Of a stretch of 64,000 nucleotides of DNA, positions 1 through 9,510 are shown piece after piece. The first letter of the stretch is position 1. Each line of letters opens with the position of its first letter. Source of the DNA: an archaeon (GTDB taxonomy: Archaea > Undinarchaeota > Undinarchaeia > Undinarchaeales > JBDRKL01). The position numbers and the translations under genes are program-made. The notes under the pieces are model-generated. The model was not told the DNA's origin, did no database searches, and saw nothing but the letters and a program-made list of their open reading frames with translations. The DNA lies in NCBI GenBank assembly GCA_043814055.1, contig JBDRKL010000009.1, forward strand, positions 17,751 to 81,750, in the 5' to 3' direction.

Positions 1-140
1 AGGGGAAGAGGTGGATGCGAGCCTCCACAGGACAAGGGAACAGATTTTGGACCAGGCAGGCGCTGCCCACGAGGGCGTGGAAGAAGGCGCGGACCGCCGG
101 CATAGAAAGGTAAATAAAAGCCGAATTCAAAAGTGAGCAG

Positions 141-1538
141 ATGAGAAAAGCAGCCCTTTTGGTTTTAATTCTTGCACTCAGTTTAATTAGCCCTGCTCTT
201 GCCCAGATTGAAGAGCCACACTGCGCGGTCTACTTCACTGGAATTGGCTGCCCGCATTGTGCAAACGCAGACCCTGTTGTTTTCGGCGAGCTCCTTGACA
301 GCTGCGACGACTTGGTCGTGATTGAGTACGAGGTGTACCAGGACAGCGGGAACGCGGGGCTCATGTTCTACTATGACCAAGAGTTCAGCAGTGGCCTCAG
401 CATCCCGCTTTTGATATTCGGCAAGGACAATATGATTGCCGGCGACAACCCGATAATCACTGAGTGCATCGCAGGAACAAATGCAAGGCACCAGAGAATT
501 TGCCCTGTAATAAATGGGGAAACTGAGTTTGAGAACCTTGACATCACAAAGCTCAGCGGCAAACCGAAAATCTGGACTAGCAGCGGAATACTTCTTAGCT
601 ACGGAGACAAGGAAGGAGATTCTGAGCTTTTAAAATCACTCGTGCTTGGCGGGGATGTTGAAACACTCCTGAACGGCGAGGACTACAAAGTGGTTGAGCC
701 GGTTGAAGTTGAACTCTCTGGCAGTTCTGTGGAGTTTGAGAACGCTGTGCAGATTGAGGACTGGGTGTTCCAGTGGAACGCAGGAGGTGCTGAAGGGGAA
801 ACTGGAGAGATAAATGACACTGGCGGCGGAGCAGGAGAAACTAAAGACCTCTCGCTCGCAACCATTTTCGCACTTGCCGCAGTTGACGCCATAAACCCGT
901 GCGCGCTCGCTGTGCTCACGCTTATGCTCATCGCGATAATCACTTACAACCCGAAGCGCAGGGAGAAGATACTCCACGCAGGGCTTGCGTTCGTGTTTTC
1001 AGTTTTTGTAATGTACTTGTTCTATGGCTTGGTGATAATCCGCTTCTTCCAGCTCGTTGACGCGCTCACTTCAGTCCGCTTAATGCTTTACACAATCCTT
1101 GGCATAGTCGCGATTGCGCTCGGCCTGCTCAACATTAAGGACTATTTCAAATACAAGCCCGGCGGGCTCGCCACAGAAATGCCGATGAAGCTCAGGCCAA
1201 TGGTCAAGAAGCTTACAGAGGGCGTGACATCTGCAAAGGGCGCTGCGCTCGTTGGCGTGTTTGTTACACTCTTCCTCCTGCCATGCACAATCGGGCCTTA
1301 TGTAATCGCGGGCGGGATGCTCTCCGCGCTTGAGCTTTTAAAAACCCTGCCGTGGCTCCTGATTTACAATTTCATATTCGTCCTTCCAATGCTCGTGATA
1401 ACACTTATTATCTACAGTGGAATAAAGAAAGTTGATGACGTTTCAGAGTGGAAGGACAATAATATAAAGAAACTGCACTTAATCGCAGGTATTGTAATGC
1501 TCCTGCTGGGCATTGGAATGATTGGAGGATTCATATAA
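141..1538 (+). CDS. Exported thioredoxin-like (CPHC) domain fused to a CcdA/DsbD-type transmembrane domain
   Basis: Signal peptide, YFTGIGCPHC motif, six C-terminal hydrophobic helices containing DAINPC and LPCTIGPY cysteine motifs typical of CcdA-family proteins. Confidence 0.85.
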   Translation: MRKAALLVLILALSLISPALAQIEEPHCAVYFTGIGCPHCANADPVVFGELLDSCDDLVVIEYEVYQDSGNAGLMFYYDQEFSSGLSIPLLIFGKDNMIAGDNPIITECIAGTNARHQRICPVINGETEFENLDITKLSGKPKIWTSSGILLSYGDKEGDSELLKSLVLGGDVETLLNGEDYKVVEPVEVELSGSSVEFENAVQIEDWVFQWNAGGAEGETGEINDTGGGAGETKDLSLATIFALAAVDAINPCALAVLTLMLIAIITYNPKRREKILHAGLAFVFSVFVMYLFYGLVIIRFFQLVDALTSVRLMLYTILGIVAIALGLLNIKDYFKYKPGGLATEMPMKLRPMVKKLTEGVTSAKGAALVGVFVTLFLLPCTIGPYVIAGGMLSALELLKTLPWLLIYNFIFVLPMLVITLIIYSGIKKVDDVSEWKDNNIKKLHLIAGIVMLLLGIGMIGGFI

Positions 1539-1551
1539 GGAGGTAAGAAAA

Positions 1552-1722
1552 ATGGGTAATAATCCAATAACATTAAGGCACGTGGCAGGCGGAATTATCG
1601 GAGTGCTTGGAATTCTATTGATAGTTATACCAGGGATATTGACAAGCTGGAGCTGGTGGAACGAGACAATCGGGGTGCTTTTGCTGCTCTCGGCGTTTTT
1701 TGTATTGATTGGCGGAAGGTAA
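1552..1722 (+). CDS. Small two-helix membrane protein
   Basis: AGGAGG RBS before ATG 1552; two hydrophobic segments. Confidence 0.6.
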   Translation: MGNNPITLRHVAGGIIGVLGILLIVIPGILTSWSWWNETIGVLLLLSAFFVLIGGR

Positions 1723-1758
1723 TATTTCTCTCGAGCTGATTGTGGGGAATAAAACTAG

Positions 1759-3420
1759 CTAATTTCTTCGCCCGCTCTTCTCGCTCTCAAGGTCGTCGTA
1801 AACATCCTTGATTGAGACCTCATCCCAGCCGTACTTGATTAGGTGCTGGCGTATCTTTTCAGGGTGGTGGCCTTGTGCCATATAAGTTTTAACATAATTC
1901 TTTAGCCGGGTGTGCTTCTCCGAGCCGGCCTCTTTTGGAATCTTATGCTCCTTGTTGAACCTGAAAATGTCCATTGATTTGTGGAACTTCTTCCTCGCGT
2001 TCTCGTTAAGCAGAATTACTGAAAAAAATCCTAAAACCCCAACTGCTGAGAAAATTGCGATTAAAAAAACAGGGTTTAGTTCAAGCCCTGGTGGCATCGT
2101 AGTAGTGTTTGTGGTATTGTTGCTTGTGTTCTGCACTACAACCGACTCAGGTGGATTCTCTGAAACAGTAACTGCGTCAATTGTCAGTTCGCGCGAAGCG
2201 GATGTGTAATTATGAGCAGTAATATCAGAACATCGAACCCACCATTCCCAAACACCGTTTGACAACTCAACATCATCAAACTTATTGTCCGTGTCCTTTG
2301 TAATGGACTTATCAGTTTCACGGGTACTGCCATTGGTTATAAGCTCACAATAGTCTACTGAAGCGGCAGAGGTGTATACCTCATACTCAAAATCGTTCGC
2401 GCGTGAAGTGCTGCGGCTGTTGTCTGCGGGAGATGTTAGCTTGATGTCCAGGAATGTGCTAGCCAGGGCAATTGTGTTCACAGTCATCATTCTATTATCC
2501 GCCCACCCGTGATATCCCTCGCTGTCCGTGCAGTTCACAGTCCAGTTCCAGTAGCCGTCCGCGATTGACACGTACTTGAACGCATTGTAAGAATTGTTGA
2601 TTATGTTGTTATCGCTTTGGTTCACTGAACCATTTATGAGTAGCGCGCAGGATATCAGTTTGTTTGGAGAGGCTGGTGTGTAGTTGAAAGTGATTTGGCG
2701 GCTTGGGATTATAGCACCCGATATTGGACTATTGAGTGCAACAATTGGCTTAGATGACGAAGTTATTACGTCAACTAGGGACTGGCTGCTAACAGCGTAG
2801 TTGCCGCGCCTATCACTGCAATTAACATACCAGGTATAGTAACCAGATGTCAGAGTCTTTGAGAACTGGTTGGTGTTGTTATTTGAGATGGTGCTGTCAT
2901 TCTCCATAAGCTCGCCGCCGATGTAAAGGAGACAGAACTCTATGCCGGTGTGCACGTCAACAGGCAGGTATGAGAAGTTGACGTTGCCGGCGCTGTTGCT
3001 CGTTATGTTCGCCGAGTTCAGCGAAATCACTGGCTTTGTTATATCCAGGTCAATGATTACGCTCCAATTTGAAGAGTACCCTATGTTATGTGTCGGCGTG
3101 GCGTTGTCCTCGCACTTCACGTACCAAGTCCAAGTACCGTTGGTGATGTTGCGGTAGAACAAGTTGTCAGTATTGTTACCAGGCGATGACTCCCCAATTA
3201 TGATATTACTGACAGAGTTGTTCGCAAAGAGAGTACAGCTTATGAATCCTGTGTCGTCAACCGGCTTGTACTTGAACGTGATATTGTCATAATAACTTGT
3301 TGCGGCGTTCGCAGGAGCGACCAGCGTTATCACAGGAGCGTTCGCTTCATCCGCGAGCGCGCAGTGAGCAAATGCTAAAAAGAACAAGAAAGTTGTGAAT
3401 AGGGCAACGGATTTTCGCAT
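1759..3420 (-). CDS. Membrane-anchored surface protein with repeated Ig/cadherin-like domains
   Basis: Signal peptide, four ~95-aa repeats with C-x-L...W-x-V-x-C, many N-x-S/T sequons, one TM helix, short cytoplasmic domain (LKNYVKTYMAQG...LIKYGW). Confidence 0.75.
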   Translation of the reverse strand: MRKSVALFTTFLFFLAFAHCALADEANAPVITLVAPANAATSYYDNITFKYKPVDDTGFISCTLFANNSVSNIIIGESSPGNNTDNLFYRNITNGTWTWYVKCEDNATPTHNIGYSSNWSVIIDLDITKPVISLNSANITSNSAGNVNFSYLPVDVHTGIEFCLLYIGGELMENDSTISNNNTNQFSKTLTSGYYTWYVNCSDRRGNYAVSSQSLVDVITSSSKPIVALNSPISGAIIPSRQITFNYTPASPNKLISCALLINGSVNQSDNNIINNSYNAFKYVSIADGYWNWTVNCTDSEGYHGWADNRMMTVNTIALASTFLDIKLTSPADNSRSTSRANDFEYEVYTSAASVDYCELITNGSTRETDKSITKDTDNKFDDVELSNGVWEWWVRCSDITAHNYTSASRELTIDAVTVSENPPESVVVQNTSNNTTNTTTMPPGLELNPVFLIAIFSAVGVLGFFSVILLNENARKKFHKSMDIFRFNKEHKIPKEAGSEKHTRLKNYVKTYMAQGHHPEKIRQHLIKYGWDEVSIKDVYDDLESEKSGRRN

Positions 3421-3564
3421 AGCTAGAGTAAAGTGGGAGAATATAAAAAGGTAACGTGGCAGCGGGAAGAAGCCTTTTATTGTGTTTTAGTTCACTAAAT
3501 TCACCTAGAAAAGTTAAGAAAGCTATTTAAGTCAAATTTCCCGGAGATAAGCTGAGGTGGGAAA

Positions 3565-6500
3565 ATGAATGGGAAAATTTGGATGTTTGTGGTACTATTT
3601 CTTCTCAGCGGAATTTCAGGGGGTTTTGCTGAAGGCGTAATTGAAACGGCTGCTGCGCCAGTTGTAACAGTCTGCCCGAGCGGTTGTGATTTTACTACGC
3701 TACAGGTAGCGGTTGATGCGGTTTCAGAAGGTGGGAAGGTTGAGGTTAGCAGCGGAGTTTACGTGGAGAATATTAGCATTACAAAGGGCATAAACATTAC
3801 TGGAACGTTCTTGCCAAGTATCACAGGAGGTTTCAACATAAATGCGAACAACACCATTATCCAGGGGTTCAGCATTTCACAGGGAACTGCCTCGGGAACC
3901 TTCTGGCCGCCAAATACACTCAGCCCTGGCATTTCCCACGCTGGCATAATCGTTGAGGGCGACAATATCACTATTCACAGCAACAGCATCTCAAGTATAC
4001 AAGGGACTGGCGGTGCGTCTGATTGCAACAACAACTTTGTTGGCGGCGGAGTAGGCGGAGAGGCATTCGGAATAAAAGTAAAGAACTCCAATAATGTTAC
4101 AATCACCTCAAATTATATCATATCCATAACAGGCGGCAACGGCGGGATTACTTCTGCCGGCGGCGGCACAGGAGGAATGGCATCTGGCATATACCTTGAT
4201 TCAGCCAGCGGGGTTGTGCAGGAGAATACACTAGTAGGCCTGACTGGAGGCCCTGGCGGGTCAGGAGGGGCTTGCTACAGCCACGCTGGAGGCGGCACAG
4301 GAGCAATCGCCACGGGCATATACACTATTAATTCACCAAACGTCAACGTCTCCTTAAATGATTTGAAAAATGTGAAGGGCGGTCCTGCGGGTCTTGGGGG
4401 AAATTATAATACCGGAGGAGGCTCAGGCGGGAAAGGCGCTGGTATTCATGTAAAATCTTCCAGCGAGCCCATCGCATTGTCAAATAGTGTTGAGAACTGT
4501 AGTGGCGGGGCGGGGCGCTGTGGAACGATTTATTGCGGAGCGGATGGCATCGGCGCCGGGCTTCTGGTTGAGGGGTCTAGCAATGGAGTGTTCCATTCAA
4601 ACAACTTCACGTTAAGTGAGTATGGCGCGAGATTGGAGTCTGCTACTGGGAATATCCTCCACTGGAATAACTTCACTTCAAATACAGTGAACGCGTGGGA
4701 CAATGGAGTTAATCACTGGAACAGCAGTTACGAGGTTGGCGGGAACTACTGGGACGATTACGCGGGCGCTGACGATGGTTCTGGGGAGCCGCCGTACCAC
4801 CAAGCAGGAGACGGCATTGGGGACACACTCATACCTTATAACTCATCAGGCAACATAACCAAAGGAGGAGACTACCTGCCATTGCTTGGAGGAAATCGGC
4901 CGCCGGTGATAAATAACATGTACAAAGCTCCGGCAAACCCTGCGCTTGGCAACACTTATTGGACAGTTGCCGAGATAGTGGACCCTGAGGGGGACGCCAT
5001 AAATCTGGCTCAGTTTGCTCTGGTCAACCCGAGCGAAGTAACTGTGCTGAACAGCACGCAAAGCACAAACTGGAACACTAACACATGGAATTCCACTAGC
5101 CACCAGCTCAATGCAGGCGGGACGTGGAAAGTCTATGTGTACGCCAGATCGGACGGGAACTCCAAGATCATCACAAAAACATTCAACTTCTCGATTGCAG
5201 GGGACGCCACCATAAGCCCAATGTCCCGCAATGTAACAGATATGCACCTCGGCAGCTATGAGGTGTTTGAACTGAATATTTCACACAGCTCCGCAGAGAG
5301 CCTGCAGTATGATTTGAGCACAAACCTGAACAGCACCTGGTTTGATGTAAAATTTGACCAGAATCCGGTGACTGTTCCTGGCAGCAACAACATTAAAACA
5401 GTCGAGGTCAATATAAGCAATAAATACGGAACGCCACTCCAGTCATACACAGGGAATATAACAATAAACAGGACATTGGACGGCTTAATCCAACCCCTTT
5501 CGCTTAATTATACCATAACTGACACTGCTCCAACAATAGACTCAATATCGCCAATGGATATAGATGTGAACGAGGGTGAAACAGCTTACATAACACCGGA
5601 AGTATCAGATCCTGACGGCGACCCAGTAATGATTACAGTTATCAATAATAATACCAACTTCACAAAAAACGGCAACAAATGGGAATGGCAAACCAGTATA
5701 GGCAATATGGGCAATTATAACATCACTATAATAGCAAATGACTCTGTCTTAACAGACATATTAAAAGTCAATATAATTGTGAACAAAACCCAAACCGCAC
5801 CTATCATTACAATCCTCTCGCCAATAAATAACACCAATTACAACACCACAGAAATTGACCTGAACTGGAGCGTGAATCAGGAGCTGGACTGGGCTGCATT
5901 CTCGCTCAACGGAGCAGAAAACAACACTTCAATCTATGATGGCGGGCAGAAGAACGTGACGCTTTACCCTCTGGAGGGACTGAACCAAATCATACTTTAC
6001 GCCAACAACAGCTACGGGAATATGAGCAGCAGTAGCGCAGAGTTCCGAATTGACAGGACCGGTCCGAGCATAACTAAAGTGACACGGCCTGACACTGCAA
6101 GACCGGGAATTAGCTACAACATAACAGCGACCATAGAGGATGCCACTACAAATGTTTCAGGAGTTAATTTAACAATAAGGAATGAGAATGGCAATAACAC
6201 AACCGCAGCTATAGTCAATACAGAGAACACTATGCAGTGGCAGTACGAATTCAACGGAAGCAATACAACCAACGGGGATAAATATTATTTCGGGATAACC
6301 GCTGTCGACGCACTTGGCAACAAAAACGTTCACGAGGACAATTTTATTGTAGAAACATATGTTGAACCACCACCAGATCCGAGTGGAGGTCCTAGCGGCG
6401 GAGGACCAAGCAGCACGCCAAAAGAAATCTGCGACGATGGCAAGGACAATGACGGGGACAAAGACATTGACTGCGCGGACTCTAACTGCTTGCTAGATGA

Positions 6501-7062
6501 TGCCTGTGCTGTGAAGCTTGAAGAGCCGGTAAGCGCTCCAATCCCGCCGCCACCAGAAACCGTGAAGCCGGCGCAGGAAACGCAGCAGGCGCCCACCGGG
6601 CTTTCAATATATCAAAGAATGAAAAATCCGCTTCTCGCAGTTTTGCTTGGATGCCTGGTTATAGCAGCCCTGGTTGGGTACTCAATGCGAGAAAGAGAAA
6701 TTGTGTATATTCCAAAAGAGACACAAGTTCAAGTTAAGCCAAAAGTTGAACCAGCACCAGTCCAGGCACCTGTTGAAAAACCAACCTTGGTTGAAAAGCG
6801 AATTGAGCTCCCAGAACACTCAAGCTCAATTATGCAGGGGCTCTCCCTGCGCGAGCAGGAAATCATGAACTCGTTGATTGAGCACGGCGGCGAAACTACC
6901 CAGGCAAGAATTTATCACCACACCGGCTTGAGCACAAGCGCACTGTCCCGCTGGGTAAACGCGCTTGAGCAAAAAGGACTTATTGAGAGCCATTACGTGG
7001 GAAAGTTAAGAAAGGTGAAGCTGGGTAAAAAGTTTATTGAAAATGGGAAGAGCGGGGTTTGA
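3565..7062 (+). CDS. Large surface protein: Gly-rich NosD-like beta-helix, Ig-like domains, TM helix, C-terminal winged HTH
   Basis: Signal peptide; GGNYWDDY NosD-type motif; DPEGD/DPDGD repeats; ICDDGKDNDGDKDIDCADSNC motif; TM; C-terminal LSLREQEIM...TGLSTSALSRWVNALEQKGLI MarR-like wHTH. Confidence 0.75.
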   Translation: MNGKIWMFVVLFLLSGISGGFAEGVIETAAAPVVTVCPSGCDFTTLQVAVDAVSEGGKVEVSSGVYVENISITKGINITGTFLPSITGGFNINANNTIIQGFSISQGTASGTFWPPNTLSPGISHAGIIVEGDNITIHSNSISSIQGTGGASDCNNNFVGGGVGGEAFGIKVKNSNNVTITSNYIISITGGNGGITSAGGGTGGMASGIYLDSASGVVQENTLVGLTGGPGGSGGACYSHAGGGTGAIATGIYTINSPNVNVSLNDLKNVKGGPAGLGGNYNTGGGSGGKGAGIHVKSSSEPIALSNSVENCSGGAGRCGTIYCGADGIGAGLLVEGSSNGVFHSNNFTLSEYGARLESATGNILHWNNFTSNTVNAWDNGVNHWNSSYEVGGNYWDDYAGADDGSGEPPYHQAGDGIGDTLIPYNSSGNITKGGDYLPLLGGNRPPVINNMYKAPANPALGNTYWTVAEIVDPEGDAINLAQFALVNPSEVTVLNSTQSTNWNTNTWNSTSHQLNAGGTWKVYVYARSDGNSKIITKTFNFSIAGDATISPMSRNVTDMHLGSYEVFELNISHSSAESLQYDLSTNLNSTWFDVKFDQNPVTVPGSNNIKTVEVNISNKYGTPLQSYTGNITINRTLDGLIQPLSLNYTITDTAPTIDSISPMDIDVNEGETAYITPEVSDPDGDPVMITVINNNTNFTKNGNKWEWQTSIGNMGNYNITIIANDSVLTDILKVNIIVNKTQTAPIITILSPINNTNYNTTEIDLNWSVNQELDWAAFSLNGAENNTSIYDGGQKNVTLYPLEGLNQIILYANNSYGNMSSSSAEFRIDRTGPSITKVTRPDTARPGISYNITATIEDATTNVSGVNLTIRNENGNNTTAAIVNTENTMQWQYEFNGSNTTNGDKYYFGITAVDALGNKNVHEDNFIVETYVEPPPDPSGGPSGGGPSSTPKEICDDGKDNDGDKDIDCADSNCLLDDACAVKLEEPVSAPIPPPPETVKPAQETQQAPTGLSIYQRMKNPLLAVLLGCLVIAALVGYSMREREIVYIPKETQVQVKPKVEPAPVQAPVEKPTLVEKRIELPEHSSSIMQGLSLREQEIMNSLIEHGGETTQARIYHHTGLSTSALSRWVNALEQKGLIESHYVGKLRKVKLGKKFIENGKSGV

Positions 7063-7177
7063 GAAAACTGGGAAGGAGGAACTTCTAGTTATTGATTTCC
7101 ACCACATCCTTCCCACCCCTTTTCCCGCCGAGTTTTAATATAAGTTCCCAGTCGCAGTTGTTCCTGAGGTGATATGA

Positions 7178-7561
7178 ATGGATGAAATCGTTCACTACAT
7201 GCAGAAACTCGGATTGAACCTTTACCAGAGCAGGGCAATGGTTGTTCTGCTCGCAACAGGCGAGGCAGAAGCGAAGCAGATATGCGAGTGCTCAGGAGTT
7301 CCGTACACCAAGATATACCAAATATTGAAACAGCTGGAAGACAAAGGACTGATTGAGTATAAACTCAACAGCCCGAGGACTTACAAGCCGCGCGGGAGAA
7401 AAGCCGTGCTGAACAAGCTCGTGAGAAAAGAGGCAAGGCGCGTGACATATTTGGAGAATGAAAAAGAGCGCCAACTTCAAAAGATAGGAAGGCTTAAGCT
7501 TGGGGCAACAAAAGGAATTGAGCAAGTACACCCAGTGTTTAATTCAGAACCAGGATTCTAG
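7178..7561 (+). CDS. TrmB-family transcriptional regulator
   Basis: LGLNLYQSRA...SGVPYTKIYQILKQLEDKGLI is the TrmB N-terminal HTH signature; GAGGTGA RBS. Confidence 0.85.
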   Translation: MDEIVHYMQKLGLNLYQSRAMVVLLATGEAEAKQICECSGVPYTKIYQILKQLEDKGLIEYKLNSPRTYKPRGRKAVLNKLVRKEARRVTYLENEKERQLQKIGRLKLGATKGIEQVHPVFNSEPGF

Positions 7562-9057
7562 AAAACCTTGCTCAGGAACCACTCAGCATCAAATGACTTC
7601 ATGTCCGCGTAGCCCTGCCCAGTGCCGAAGTAGAGGATTGGAGCGTCTGTAACGTATGAGACCGAAATGCACGAGCCGCCCTTTGGGTCGCAGTCAACCT
7701 TTGTTAAGACCGAGCCGTCTATTCCGACTGCCTCGTGGAATGCCTTTGCCTGGTCTGCTGCGTCGTTTCCTGTGAGAGCGTCGCCAACGAAGATTTTGAG
7801 GTCAGGCTTGTTAACGCGCACGACCTTCTTGAGCTCGTCCATTAGGTTTATGTTGGTTCCTGAGCGGCCTGCGGTGTCTGCGAGAACGACGTCAATCTTT
7901 CTTGCCTTTGCGTGCGCTATCGCGTCGTAAATCACAGCTGCTGAGTCAGAGCCGCGCACCTGCTTGATGATTGGAACATTAAGGTTCTTTGCGTGAACGT
8001 CTAGCTGCTCAATTGCCGCGGCGCGGAACGTGTCCCCTGCCGCCATAACAACTGAAAGCCCAGCGTCCTGGAGCATTTTCGCGAACTTGCCTATGGTCAT
8101 TGTCTTGCCAGTGCCGTTGAAGCCGAAAAAGACAATCACATAGGGTTTGTCCTTCTTGGCCTTGATGAGCTTGATTATGTCCGGCTGCTCCTTGGTGAGT
8201 ATTTTTTGCAGCGAGTCCTTGATTGCAGATTCAATCATTTGCTCAGGGCTCTTGCTTGAGGTCTCCTCTTCCATCAGGCGCGCCTTGGTTTCGGCGGTTA
8301 TTGCCTCTGTGACTTCTTTTGCAATGTCGTTCTCAAGCAGGAGTAGTTCAAGCTCCCAGAGTATTTTATCAAGATTTTTCTCTGAGATTTTTTTGCGGGT
8401 GATGGAAAGAAAACGCTTTTTTGGCTTTTCAGGTTCTTTATCAGGCTCTTTTGGCTTCCTGAATCTTCCGAAGAAACCTTTCTTTTTTGGTTCTCCGCCT
8501 GCTCGCGGAGGTAGAGCGGAGGCATTCGCCCCTGGCGAAGCCTCTATCTTGGTTTCTTCTTTTACTTCGGGTTCAATTTCAGGTTCTGGAGTTGGTTCCT
8601 CTTCAACAATTGGTTCTGGCTCGGGTTCTTCTTCAGATTCCTCCTCTACCTCTGGTTCAGGCTCATCCTCAATTTCAGGTTCAGGCTTGGACTCCGACTC
8701 GGATTCAGGTTCAGCAACTGGCTCTAGCTCTTCAGGTTTTTCAGGTTCTGGCTCAAGCTCGACCTTAACTTCAGGCTTGGGTTCTTCAACCACCAGCTCA
8801 AGTTCCGGCTCAACCTGCCCCGGCTCAAGCTCGGCTTCAACCTCTTTTAGAATTTCGTCTTCAACCGCAGCCGCCTTTTTCTTTTCTTTCTTCGACTTCG
8901 TTTCCTTCTTCTTGGCTATTGGCGGTTGGCTCTTGGCTTTTGGCGCTTTAGGAACTTCCTCAACAACTTCGTCTACTGGCTCCTTTACCTCAACCTCAAC
9001 TTCAGCTGAGGCCTTGGACAAAAAGCCCTTGAGCTTCTTCTTGAGATTTTCAAACAT
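7558..9057 (-). CDS. ftsY: SRP receptor FtsY with long acidic N-terminal region
   Basis: GFNGTGKT, DTFRAAAIEQL, DTAGR, TKVD motifs; follows pfdA. Confidence 0.97.
   Translation of the reverse strand: MFENLKKKLKGFLSKASAEVEVEVKEPVDEVVEEVPKAPKAKSQPPIAKKKETKSKKEKKKAAAVEDEILKEVEAELEPGQVEPELELVVEEPKPEVKVELEPEPEKPEELEPVAEPESESESKPEPEIEDEPEPEVEEESEEEPEPEPIVEEEPTPEPEIEPEVKEETKIEASPGANASALPPRAGGEPKKKGFFGRFRKPKEPDKEPEKPKKRFLSITRKKISEKNLDKILWELELLLLENDIAKEVTEAITAETKARLMEEETSSKSPEQMIESAIKDSLQKILTKEQPDIIKLIKAKKDKPYVIVFFGFNGTGKTMTIGKFAKMLQDAGLSVVMAAGDTFRAAAIEQLDVHAKNLNVPIIKQVRGSDSAAVIYDAIAHAKARKIDVVLADTAGRSGTNINLMDELKKVVRVNKPDLKIFVGDALTGNDAADQAKAFHEAVGIDGSVLTKVDCDPKGGSCISVSYVTDAPILYFGTGQGYADMKSFDAEWFLSKVF
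8492..8548 (-). repeat. REP-like double-hairpin element, copy 1 (in-frame inside ftsY)
   Basis: 48/57 nt identical to 28009-28065; encodes IEASPGANASALPPRAGGE. Confidence 0.85.
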
Positions 9058-9087
9058 AGAATATGATTAGAACTCAGGCGTTAATAA

Positions 9088-9510
9088 CTATTTCTTCTTC
9101 GCCTGCATCGTCTGTAGGTATGCCTGAAGCTCCGGCTCAAGCGCGCCAAGGCGCTCGCCCATCTTCTTTATCTGCCCCTCAAGCTTTGCCCTGCCGTCTG
9201 TAAGTGTCTCCAGCTGCGTTCCGATTGACTCCACAGCGTCGCTGACCTTTTTCTCAACCACAACACCAGCGCCGACGCCAGTTAAAACATAGCCCTTGTC
9301 CTTGAGGTCTGCCATAACAAATGAGTTGCCGCCAAGCGGCACCATAATCTCAGAGTCCTTTGCGCCCTTCAGGCTCTCTATGGTGTTCTTCGCAGCCAGA
9401 AGCTCCATCTCGACTCCGCCCATCGCGTTTAGTTCCTGAATAAGACTTTCGATTTGGGTTTTTAAAATAGTGTATTCAGCGTACTTTTGTTGGAATTCTT
9501 CTTCCTTCAT
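9088..9510 (-). CDS. pfdA: Prefoldin alpha subunit
   Basis: Coiled coils flanking EIMVPLGGNSFV...VGAGVVVEK beta-hairpins; conserved operon position. Confidence 0.95.
   Translation of the reverse strand: MKEEEFQQKYAEYTILKTQIESLIQELNAMGGVEMELLAAKNTIESLKGAKDSEIMVPLGGNSFVMADLKDKGYVLTGVGAGVVVEKKVSDAVESIGTQLETLTDGRAKLEGQIKKMGERLGALEPELQAYLQTMQAKKK

Noticed and set aside
1-113. Possible gene fragment at the window start
   Set aside because: Several frames are open on both strands and none gives a recognisable protein.
8147-9070. 307-aa Ser-rich ORF antisense to ftsY
   Set aside because: Shadow of the Glu/Pro-rich FtsY codons; the same applies to most short overlapping ORFs in the track.
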